NCBI RefSeq assembly: GCF_963921235.1
Contig: NC_086097.1
Span: 50,718,001-50,782,000 of the forward strand
Direction of reading: 5' to 3'
DNA: 64,000 nucleotides
From: Mobula hypostoma
Taxonomy: Eukaryota
Part shown: positions 12,579 to 23,558 of the stretch, in pieces
Numbering within the stretch: the first letter of the stretch is position 1
Layout: every line of letters begins with the position of its first letter
Position numbers and translations under genes: made by a program
Notes under the pieces: generated by a model
Told to the model about the DNA's origin: nothing
Seen by the model: only the letters and a program-made list of their open reading frames with translations
The model's database searches: none

Positions 12579-14688
12579 GTATTGGGAAATGAACCCGGTC
12601 AGGTGTCAGATCTCTCAGTGGGAAAGCATTTTGGAGATAGTGATCATAATTCTATCATCCTTTACAATAGCGTTGGAGAGAGATAGGAACAGACAAGTTA
12701 GAAAAGCATTTAATTGGAGTAAGGAGAATTATGAGGCTATCAGGCAGGAAATTGGAAGCTTAAATTGGGAACAGATGTTCTCAGGGAAAAGTACAGAAGA
12801 AATGTGGCAAATGTTCAGGGGATATTTGTGTGGAGTTCTGCGTAGGTACATTCCAATGAGACAGGGAAGTTATGGTAGGGTACAGGAACTGTGGTGTACA
12901 AAGGCTGTAATAAATCTAGTCAAGAAGAAAAGAAAAGCTTACAAAAGGTTCAGAGAGCTAGGTAATGTTAGAGATCTAGAAGATTATAAGGCTAACAGGA
13001 AGGTGCTTAAGAAGGAAATTAGGAGAGCCAGAAGGGGCCATGAGAAGGCCTTGGTGGGCAGAATTAAGGAAAACCCCAAGGCATTCTACAGGTATGTGAA
13101 AAGCAAGAGGATAAGATGTGAAAGAATAGGACCTATCAAGTGTGACAATGGAAAAGTGTGTATGGAACCGGAGGAAATAGCGGAGGTACTTAATGAATAC
13201 TTTACTTCAGTATTCACTATGGAAAAAGATCTTGGTGATTGTAGAGATGACTTGCAGCAGACTGAAAAGCTTGAGCATGTAGATATTAAGAAAGAGGATG
13301 TGCTGGAGTTTTTGGAAAGCATCAAGTTGGATAAGTCACCGGGACCGGATGAGATGTACCCCAGGCTACTGTGGGAGCAAGGGAGGAGATTGCTGAGCCT
13401 CTGGCGATGATCTTTGAATCATCAACGGGGACGGGAGAGGTTCCGGAGAATTGGAGGGTTGCGGATGTTGTTCCTTTATACAAGAAAGGGAGTAGAGATA
13501 GCCCAGGAAATTATAGACCAGTGAGTCTTACCTCAGTGGTTGGTAAGTTGATGGAAAAGATCCTGAGAGGCAGGATTTATTATGAACATTTGGAGAGGTA
13601 TAATATGATTAGCAATAATCAGCATGGCTTTGTCAAGGGCAGGTCGTGCTGTACGAGCCTGATTGAATTTTTTGAGGATGTGACTAAACACATGATGAAG
13701 GAAGAGCAGTAGATGTAGTGTATATGGATATCAGCAAGGCATTTGATAAGCTACCTAATGCAAGGCTTATTGAGAAAGTAAGAGATCCAAGGGGACATTG
13801 CTTTGTGGATCCAGAACTGGCTTGCCCACAGAAGGCAATGTGTGGTTGTCGGAGGGTCATTTTCTGCATGGAGGTCGGTGACCAGTGGTGTGCCTCAGGG
13901 ATCTGTTCTGGGACCCTTACTCTTCGTGATTTTTATAAATGACCTGGATGAGGAAGTGGAGGGATAGGTTAGTAAGTTTGCTGATGACACCAAGGTTGGA
14001 GGTGTCGTGGGTAGTGTGAAGGGCTGTCAGAGGTTACAGTGGGACATTGATAGGATGCAAAACTGGGCTGAGAAGTGGCAGATGAAGTCCAACCCAGATA
14101 AGTGTGAAGTGGTTCATTTTGGTAGGTCAAATACGATGGCAGAATATAGTATTAATGGTAAGCCTCTTGGCAGTGTGGAGGATCAGAGGGATCTTGGGGT
14201 CTGAGTCCAAAGGATACTCAAAGCAGCTGCACAGGTTGACTCTGTTGTTAAGAAGGTGTATGGTGTATTGGCCTACATTAATCATGGAATTGAATTTAGG
14301 AGCTGAGAAGTAATGTTGCAGCTATATATGACCCTGGTCAGACCCCACTTAGAGTACTGTGCTCAGTTCTGGTCGCCTCACTACAAGCAGGATGTGGAAG
14401 CCATAGGAAGGGTGCAGAGGAGATTTACAAGGATGTTGCCTGGATTGGGGAGCATGCCTTATGAAAACAGGTTGAGTGAACTCGGCCTTTTCTCCTTGGA
14501 GCGACAGAGGATAAGAGGTGACCTGATAGAGATGTATAAGATGATGAGAGGCATTGATCATGTGGATAGTCAGAGGCTTTTTCCCCAGGGATGAAATGGT
14601 TGCCACAAGAGGACACAGGTTTAAGGTAACATACATCAAAGTTGCTGGTGAACGCAGCAGGCCAAGCAGCATCTATAGGAAGAGGCGC

Positions 14689-14724
14689 AGTCGACGTTTC
14701 AGGCCGAGACCCTTCGTCAGGACT
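14689..14724 (-). ncRNA. Minimal type I hammerhead ribozyme motif
   Basis: Reverse complement reads AGTC-CTGACGA-AGGGTCTCGGCCT-GAAAC-GTC-GACT. Confidence 0.75.
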
Positions 14725-15835
14725 AACTGAAGGAAGAGTGAGTAAGGGATTTGAAAGCTGGAGGGGGAGGGGGAGATGCAAAATGATAGGAGAAGACAGG
14801 AGGGGGAGGGATAGAGCCGAGAGCTGGACAGGTGATAGGCAAAAGGGGATACGAGAGGATCATGGGACAGGAGGTCCGGGAAGAAAGACAAGGGGGGGTG
14901 ACCCAGAGGATGGGCAAGAGGTATATTCAGAGGGACAGAGGGAGAAAAAGGATAGTGAGAGAAAGAATGTGTGCATAAAAATGAGTAACAGATGGGGTAC
15001 AAGGGGTAGGTGGGGCCTTAGCGGAAGTTAGAGAAGTCGATGTTCATGCCATCAGGTTGGAGGCTACCCAGACGGAATATAAGGTGTTGTTCCTCCAACC
15101 TGAGTGTGGCTTCATCTCTACAGTAGAGGAGGCCGTGGATAGATATGTCAGAATGGGAATGGCCTTACACTTCCTCCCTTACCACCATTCCGGGCCCCAA
15201 ACAGTCCTTCCAGGTGAGGCATCACTTCACCTGTGAGTCGACTGGGGTGATATACTGCGTCCGGTGCTCCCGATGTGGCCTTTTATATATTGGTGAGACC
15301 CGACGCAGACTGGGAGACCGCTTTGCTGAACATCTACGCTCTGTCCGCCAGAGAAAGCAGGATCTCCCAGTGGCCACACATTTTAATTCCACATCCCATT
15401 CCCATTCTGACATGTCTATCCACGGCCTCCTCTACTGTAAAGATGAAGCCACACTCAGGTTGGAGGAACAACACCTTATATTCCGTCTGGGTAGCCTCCA
15501 ACCTGATGGCATGAACATCGACTTCTCTAACTTCCGCTAAGTCCCCACCTCCCCCTCGTACCCCATCTGTTACTCATTTTTATGCACACATTCTTTCTCT
15601 CACTCTCCTTTTTCTCCCTCTGTCCCTCTGAATATACCTCTTGCCCATCCTCTGGGTCACCCCCCCCCTTGTCTTTCTTCCCGGACCTCCTGTCCTATGA
15701 TCCTCTCGTATTCCCTTTTGCCTATCACCTGTCCAGCTCTCGGCTCTATCCCTCCCCCTCCTGTCTTCTCCTATCATTTTGCATCTCCCCCTCCCCCTCC
15801 AGCTTTCAAATCCCTTACTCACTCTTCCTTCAGTT

Positions 15836-15871
15836 AGTCCTGACGAAGGGTCTCGGCCTGAAACGTCGACT
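15836..15871 (+). ncRNA. Minimal type I hammerhead ribozyme motif
   Basis: Stem I AGTC/GACT, core CTGACGA, stem II hairpin, GAAA, loop-less stem III AC/GT, GTC cleavage triplet. Confidence 0.75.
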
Positions 15872-16424
15872 GCGCCTCTTCCTATAGATGCTGCCTGGCC
15901 TGCTGCGTTCACCAGCAACTTTGATGTATGTTGCTTGAATTTCCAGCATCTGCAGAATTCCTGTTGTACAGGTTTAAGGTGCTGGGGAGTAGCTACAGAG
16001 GAGATGTCAGGGGTAAGTTTTTTACTCAGAGAGTGGTGAGTGCATGGGATAGGCTGCCGGCAATGGTGGTGGAGGTGGATACGGCAGAGTCTTTCAAGAG
16101 ACTTTTGGATAGGTACATGGAGCTTAGAAAAATAGAGAGCTATGGGTAAGTTTAGTAATTTCTAAGGTAGGGACATGTTCAGCACAACTTTGTGGGCTGA
16201 AGGGCTTGTATTATGCTGTAGGTTTTCTATGTTTCTATGCTTATTCATTTCCATGTCTGACCTGCTGAGTCTCTCCAGCGTTTTGTGTGTGTTGCTCTGG
16301 ATTTACATCATCGGCAGACTTTCTCATGTAATAGATTGCTTCCTACTGGTTGTAGTATGAAAAATGTGATTCCTCGAGACAAGATTTTAGACACTATTGC
16401 ATTAATATTGGAAAAGAATTGTTA

Positions 16425-17066
16425 TTTGGGTTGAGAAGGTGAACAGCTTTAAGTTCCTCGGCATACACATCACCGAGGACCTCACGTGGTTTGTACACAC
16501 CAGCTGTGGGGTGAAAAGGGCACAACAGCACCTCTTTCACCTCAGACAGTTGAAGAAGTTTGGTATGTGCCCCCAAATCCTAAGAACTTTCTACAGGGGC
16601 ACAATTGTGAGCATCCTGACTGGCTGCATCACTGCCTGGTATGGGAACTGTACTTCCCTCAGTCACAGGACTGCAGAGAGTGGTGTGGACAGCCCAGCAC
16701 ATCTGTAGATGTATACTTCCCATGATTATAAAGACAGGAGCATAAAAAGGGCCTGAAGGATTATTGGGGACCCGAGTCATCCCAACCATAAACTGTTCCA
16801 GCTGCTACCATCTGGGAAATGGTACCACAGCATAAAAGCCAGGACCACCAGGCTTCGGGACAGCTTCTTCCATCAGGACATCAGACTGATTAATTCACGC
16901 TGATGCAATTGTATTTCTATGTTATATTGACTATCCTGTTGTACATACTATTTATTACAACTTACTATAAATTGCACATTCCACATTTAGACAGAGACGA
17001 AATGTAAAGATTATTACACCGCATTTATGTGAAGAATGTAAGTAATAAAGTCAATTCAATTCAATC
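16425..17066 (+). mobile_element. Rex/Babar-type LINE 3' fragment
   Basis: SFKFLGIHITEDLTW...FYRGTIVSILTGCITAWYG; ends aataaagtcaattcaattcaat. Confidence 0.85.
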
Positions 17067-18187
17067 CATTTATAAACACAATGTCCTATGTAAGTAATTG
17101 CAGTATTTTGTGTATCAGTAAATAAACACAAAATATACTTTACACATGCAGACTATGAAAGACTATGAAAAATGTCATTGTGCATTGACCACTGAAATTT
17201 TGAAAACCAATGTTAAAAATGATTCAGATTGCTTTAGATAAAATTTTCAGGACAAATCAGAACCACTCTATTATTTTAGCTCGATCAAATCTGCCCCAAT
17301 AAAGGTCTCTCCATGTACAGTGAACTTGGAAGACATTCAGAGGAGAGTCATGAGAATTTACAAAGAACATTAGTTACTCAGATAAGCTTGAAGAGCTGAA
17401 TCTGTTTACACTAAAGCAGCAAGGACTTAGAGATAACCTTATATAGATATTTATAAATTAATGAAAGGTCTGAATAGAATGTTGGTTTACAAATTTTCCA
17501 GTGTGATGGATTTGAAAGGGGAGATTTCCATGCATTTAAACTATGTTAAAGTAGGAATAGCCTGAATGTTTTTACCCAAAGTGTAGTGAGACTCCATAGG
17601 GTGTTGCCAGCTGGTGCATTGTGTTCTTGCTGTATGCCTTCAAAAGGGGCCTAGATTTGACAGAGATTGCATAACAAAGGAAAGACATGATTACCACATT
17701 CCATCAACTGGTTTTGAATATATGAGGGGTCAGAGAAATAGCTCGAGTGTCAAAGACACAAGAGCTACTGCAGATGCTGGAAATCTAGAGCCATACACAT
17801 AATGTGGTGGAGAAGCTCAGCAGGTTAGACAGCACCTATGGATGGGAGTAAACAGTCAACATTTCGGGACTGCTACTTCTTGTACTGATCCTGGATTTTT
17901 CTGCGGTTTTAAACTTTCCTTGGTAAGGTAGTACTGCATGGTGGTAGAGAGGTCAGGTCATGATTCTCAAGCATCATGGTTTAGTGGAAGCTGGAATGAT
18001 TCTTATACACAATTATCATAAAAACTATTCTGCAGTGCTATAGCTATTGCTGAATAAACATGTCAGCCCTGACTCAACAGTGATTTTCTTACCTGTGAGA
18101 TTGAGTGATCACAACTCCACTCCAGAGATTCAAACATAGAATTTACACTTACTTGAGCATCCGAGATGCTGTGCTTCATTAGTCCTT

Positions 18188-18830
18188 AGTCATAGTCATA
18201 GTCATACTTTATTGATCCCGGGGGAAATTGGTTTTTGTTACAGTTGCACCATAAATAATAAATAGTAATAGAACCATAAATAGTTAGATAGTAATATGTA
18301 AATTATGCCAGTAAATTATGAAATAAATCCAGGACCAGCCTATCAGCACAGGGTGTCTGACCTTCCAAGGGAGGAGTTGTAAAGTTTGATGGCCACAGGC
18401 AGGAATGACTTCCTATGACGCTCTGTGCTGCATCTCGGAGGAATGAGTCTCTGGCTGAATGTACTCCTGTGCCCACCCAGTACATTATGTAGTGGATGGG
18501 AGACATTGACCAAGATGGCATGCAACTTAGACGGCATCCTCTTTTCAGACACCACCGTGAGAGAGTCCAGTTCCATCCCCACAACATCACTGGCCTTACG
18601 AATGAGTTTGTTGATTCTGTTGGTGTCTGCTACCCTCAGCCTGCTGCCCCAGCACACAACAGCAAACATGATAGCACTGGCCACCACAGACTCGTAGAAC
18701 ACCCTCAGCATCGTCCGGCAGATGTTAAAGGACCTCAGTTTCCTCAGGAAATAGAGACGGCTCTGACCCTTCTTGTAGTCAGCCTCAGTGTTCTTTGACC
18801 AGTCCAGTTTATTGTCAATACGTATCCCCA
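18188..18830 (-). mobile_element. Rex/Babar-type LINE 3' fragment, relatively young
   Basis: Uninterrupted 162-aa ORF2 C-terminus (GIRIDNKLDWSKNT...RLYFLRKLRSF...HPLH...RKSFLPVAIKLYN); (GACTAT)n tail. Confidence 0.85.
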
Positions 18831-19722
18831 TTACGTATTCAAATATAACTGGGAATAATAATAGTTATCTGGCCAAAACTCAACTCCATTCACTTCCATA
18901 CAGATTATGGAATCTTGTGTGCAAGCTACCTGTTGCATTTAACTACAAAGCATTAATAGCTAGATTCGAAATGCTTTCGTTAGTCTGAAATGCTATAAAA
19001 TGTTCTGAGAGGGCAAAATCTGGTTCTTTTTTTTACAAAACAACTACAAGCAAGGATTACTTAAACAGATTAATTACTTCATTAATGTTATATCAGGTTG
19101 ATTTTGAATAAAGGACATAGAATAGATTTATGTCAAGATGATGTAAAACATTACTGTGATTATTAAATGTGTAAGATCATGAACGAATTACTGGCATTCC
19201 ATGGGTTACGTAAAGGCTAAGAACTTTCTGTAGCCAATTTCGCTGTAAATCAGTTTTCTAAAGAATTCACAAACATTCTTTTTCTAAAGTTTACCATATG
19301 TTATCGCTCTGCATACATTTGCTATAATTCTTTTATTTTATTGAATAATCACAGAAACACTACACTTGATTCCCTGATGAAACATTTTTTGAAATTAATG
19401 AAACATTTTATCATAATTGTTCCGAGTGTGAAAGTACTTTAAAAATGTTTGGTCAGATTTTTAATAGAGTTGGAACAAGGCCACTTGTTGATTTGTTTTA
19501 TTAATGCTTTGTGTGTTATATTTTAGTTGGCTTCTAACCTTAGTGTTAACCATTTGGATTTACCTGGTCTTGCAACAACTGACAGCCTAGGAGAGGGGAG
19601 GATGAGGTGATGGAAAATGTAAATATCTTCAACATACTTTTATCTGGTTTTGGACCAGGAATTTCCCTCTCTTCTCCTCACTCAGTCTCACCATTCTGAA
19701 TTGCACTCAACATGCCCTAGAG

Positions 19723-19802
19723 CAGGGGTTCCAAACCTAGGGTCCACAGACCCCTTGCTTAACAGCATTGGTCCATGGCATGAAAAGGTTTGGGAACCCC
19801 TG
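19723..19802. mobile_element. 80-bp non-autonomous hAT (Charlie-like) MITE
   Basis: TIRs caggggttccaaacct and aggtttgggaacccctg; perfect 8-bp TSD ccctagag at 19715-19722 and 19803-19810. Confidence 0.9.
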
Positions 19803-22677
19803 CCCTAGAGAAATTCCGTGCATCGTTTACCTCCCCGGCACTTTCCTATTTCCTCACAAACTGATGCCCTCAGATGTGCTTCTGTTTCTTGTCTTCTTCC
19901 CAGATGCTTGTATCCTCCTTGGCCTGAATGGTTCGTCGTAACTCCTGCCACGCAATCTCTCTCTGATCATGCCTTCTCTCCCAATCTCTTTCACGGGCAC
20001 TCTGATAACATTTTCTCTGCATTACCTTCCTAAACTACAATCTCTTCAACTCTTTTCCGACAAACTCTCTCTGATCCACAATCCCTTAGTTCTGTCTCTG
20101 CTTTCCTTGCCCGGACTCTTTTGCCCCCAAAGTCCACCCTGCCTGCCAGGCACTTCACAACCCGATGAACAGCAATTAGGAATTATATCTGAAATACGAA
20201 TGGTCTGCCTTTGTGAAAAGAGCAGAAGGCAGCCATCTAGTGTTACGGTTCAGATTCTCCACCAATTTAGGGCTGGTGTCTGGAAGGGTGATTAGAAAGA
20301 AAACCTGTCAGATCTTTTAATGAGAGATTTTAGTTCCATTGTGTATTATCTAGACTGGCTTTACCGAGAGCAATTACTGTCATTCCTTTCCCTTTCCTGA
20401 AAGGAAATAAAATTTATGGAGACACAATGTTTCAAGACAATCTCAACAGGTCAGATTTTGGAATTCTGAAACAAAAGCAAAACAGGAAGCCATCAGCAGG
20501 TAAGACAGCATCCATGTATATAGAAACTAAGTTAACATTTCAGCCTGGAGATGCTCTGTCAGGTTTGAGAATTGCTTAATATAGATTTTGACAAGAGAAT
20601 CTACCAATATAAACTCAAGGAATCACTTAAAATAGGACCAAACTGTAGCATCAAGCACTTTTCTTCTTTTCACACCATCAAAGGACCAAATCTCAAATAA
20701 CTTTGAATTCAGTAACCTTGTACAGATCCCCAGACGGTTCAATGAATAACATTGGGATTCAAAGTCAGAGCACTTGATTCAAATAATAAACAGCTACAAG
20801 TACCTAGTGGGTCAAACAGCATTTGTGGAGGCAAAGGATTGGTGAAATTTTAGATAAAGACTCTGTGTAGGAATGCGACAGGCATCCTTCAGCCTCCATA
20901 TGCACTTCTTTAGCTGCTGTATACTTTGAGCTGTTAATGTTTTTGTTTCACGTTCCAGCATCCACAGTCTCTTGTGTCTCCATAAATTTGATTTCCTTCT
21001 AGGGAGGAAAGGAAAGACATAAATTGCTCTTTGTGAAGCCGGGCAAGATAATACAGAATAGAACTAAAGTCTCCCATTAACATGTCTGACGTTTTTGAAT
21101 TCTGAAACAACTCAAGGTTTCTTGACTTTGAATCCTGAAATAAATGTTGCATTTGACTAAATGAACAGAAGTTAAATGAATCCATTATAATGAACAATGA
21201 AATATGGGGCATATATTATCATCAGCAAGAAGAATCAGTTAATATATGGGGACATTGTCATTTTCTTCATTTTAGTATGAATAGGATATGTTTTTTTCAA
21301 GCATTAGTAAAAATTTTCACTTCATCATCACCATTTATTTTATGGTAAATAAAGCAAATAAAACCTTTGCAAAATGGAGCAGATAAATTTCATTGTTACT
21401 AGCTGAAGTAAAATAATATTATTTCCCTGGAGGTATTTATTGATCTGATCTTGAAGAATGCAGAAAGCTTATTGACCTCTGTTTTATTCTAAGAATGAAC
21501 ACAAAACATAAAGTTATTGCATAACTCAGTAATTACATCATGCTTCTGTGTCATTTTTTCCTCTATTAGTTTCTGCATGTACTTTAAAGATAGGCAGCTG
21601 TTCAAAAGCCACCCTGCCTTGCTATATTTATATTCTAACATTCTATTATATTCTGAATAGGTTATTTAATATTTTACTGAAATCACAATTACCAATAGAA
21701 AAGAAGAAATCCAGCAAAGGGAAGAAGATGAAGTATGTCTTGAAGATACAAGTTCATTTCTTAAGCTTTACAAAGTACAAAACTTCTTCAGTTTGACAAA
21801 ACCAAAATATTCAAATTCCTTCCAGTGAAATTGTAAATGTATATGCTGTGACTTGTGCTACTAAATCACCATTAGATTTTCTGTGTGTAAACTTGAAGCA
21901 ATCGTCTTGTAATAGTCACAGTATAATCAAGAAAATACCATGAAATAAAATTACAAACAAGAAAAATTGAGATTTGGAGTATTTTTTTAAATGGATATAT
22001 TGGATGGTAAATATTAATTCATTTCTTTGCACAATTGACACATAATTATACGGTATGTGAGGTTAATTATAATGCATATCCAGATTTTCACTTCAACATA
22101 CCTGATGGCTTGTTGCAGTTCTCATAGTTTTTGTATTGGTGGCAATGGAAGCTTATTGAAACTTGGTTTCAAAGTAAACTGGAAAGGAATTGAAGCAAAG
22201 CCTATTAATTTCTAGGACAGGTTGCAGGAATTAATTTATAAACATCTCACCACCCAATAGTATAACACATTACTGAGGTCATGCTCCACTATTGGTATAA
22301 TCTCAGCCATTTCAATCAGAGCCATTACACACGTGGAGAATGAGTGCTTTCCAGTTGGCCACTTCGTATTTCAACAGACTAGAGAAGCACTGTAGAAAAG
22401 ATGATCATTTTGCTGTACCTGTGAACTAACTGACCCATTCAGATAGTAGCTATTAGTGTAACAATTTGTCGTTTTATTGACATATTTCTATCTTTGTTAT
22501 ACAATAGTTTGTACCAGTTATATTAAGAAAAAACTTCTCAACATCTGGAAAACCCAAGCAAGTTTTTGTTACAACACAGGTGGCTAGTTAACCCACTGGG
22601 CTCTTTAAGCATTCACATCAGTCCCACTCCTCACATTTCCCTGTGATCAAATCTCTCTCACAAGCCTATAAATTCCC

Positions 22678-22919
22678 TGTTGTGGACTTAATATTTGAGT
22701 AATATTGTAAATATATTGTTTGGTTAAGCATTATTGTTTATCTAAATAACATATTACAAATTATATGTAAAAATATGTAAATTGCATACGTCATGATGCT
22801 ACCATGTGATAAGTGCGCACTTCACTGAAGTAAAAATGGAATGCACACGTTTATCTCTCGGCTCTGTGTTTTCCTAATTTTCAATGAGTTTTTATGTTTT
22901 GGAGTGACAAAACACAACA
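22678..22919 (+). mobile_element. Solo LTR (242 bp)
   Basis: Termini TGTTGTG...CACAACA, 5-bp TSD ttccc on both sides; homologous copy at about 35260-35489. Confidence 0.85.
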
Positions 22920-22981
22920 TTCCCCACCAACTCTCCAGGCAGTAACACACACTAGGGACTTTACTGCAGCTAACTAACCGA

Positions 22982-23558
22982 TGTAACACCCTGGGAAAGG
23001 TTTCACCGCTAATGTAATGGGTTTTCTGTAGAAGCAGTGTTTGGGTTATGGTTAGAGATAATGGGTGCTTTGGAATATGAGCTGTCGAATGAAGGGAGTG
23101 TGTTTTCATGTTGTGTGCCTGACACTGAGGCGATCTGGGACTTTTATTTGGCGGGAGATGGAGAGAGAAGATGCCAGAAAGGAGAGGTCATAGACAGCAG
23201 AAAGGAGTGGACTTGGAGAGGAGCTGGGAGTTGACGAAGCCTGGGGAAATCGATGGAGGATCGGCGAAAGGGAAACCCTGAGCTCCAACATGTGCACATT
23301 AGACTGTTTCATTAAAATGGGCCCTCTTCTTTTTGTTTTACTTTACTAACCCTTTAGTCAAATTTAGAATTATAAAGCTAAATCGTTTAATTGTCTATGG
23401 TGTGCTGTCTGTTATTTCGTGGTACTGATGTGTAACAGGGTGAGACATCACACAGTATCCACACAAACAGGGGGTTTTGCATCTCAATCTCACACGTTTG
23501 GTGAGGCCAGAGATTGTCTTCCCTGGATTTACGCAGCCAGCAGAACCAAAGTGTCACA
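22982..23558. mobile_element. Probable solo LTR (577 bp)
   Basis: Termini TGTAACAC...GTGTCACA with flanks ccga/ccta (4-bp TSD with one mismatch); interrupts a SINE. Confidence 0.65.

Larger units (their letters stand above)
14628..15967 (+). mobile_element. Penelope-like element, 5'-truncated with inverted pLTR arm
   Basis: GIY-YIG endonuclease (FTCESTGVIYCVRCSRCGLLYIGETRRRLGDRFAEH, stop at 15540). 14628-15162 is the reverse complement of about 15396-15932. TSD acaggtttaaggt at 14615-14627 and 15968-15980. Confidence 0.93.
12578..16239 (+). mobile_element. CR1 LINE (end of endonuclease, RT, 3' UTR), interrupted by a Penelope element at 14628-15967
   Basis: ORFs 12439-13410, 13371-13712 and 14313-14594 carry KENPKAFY, KSPGPDEMYPRLL, NYRPVSLTSVVGK and LVRPHLEYC. 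Sequence resumes after the TSD; tail is tttctatgtttctatg. Confidence 0.92.

Noticed and set aside
14642..15031. Recurrent ORF MLVNAAGQAASIGRGAVDVSGRDP (also at 15918-, 36665+, 54106+ and 55627-)
   Set aside because: It is the antisense reading of the Penelope pLTR, not a gene family.
21548..21830. Purine-rich, exon-like stretch (LLKSQLPIEKKKSSKGKKMK...)
   Set aside because: No recognisable protein, no partner exons and no convincing splice pair.
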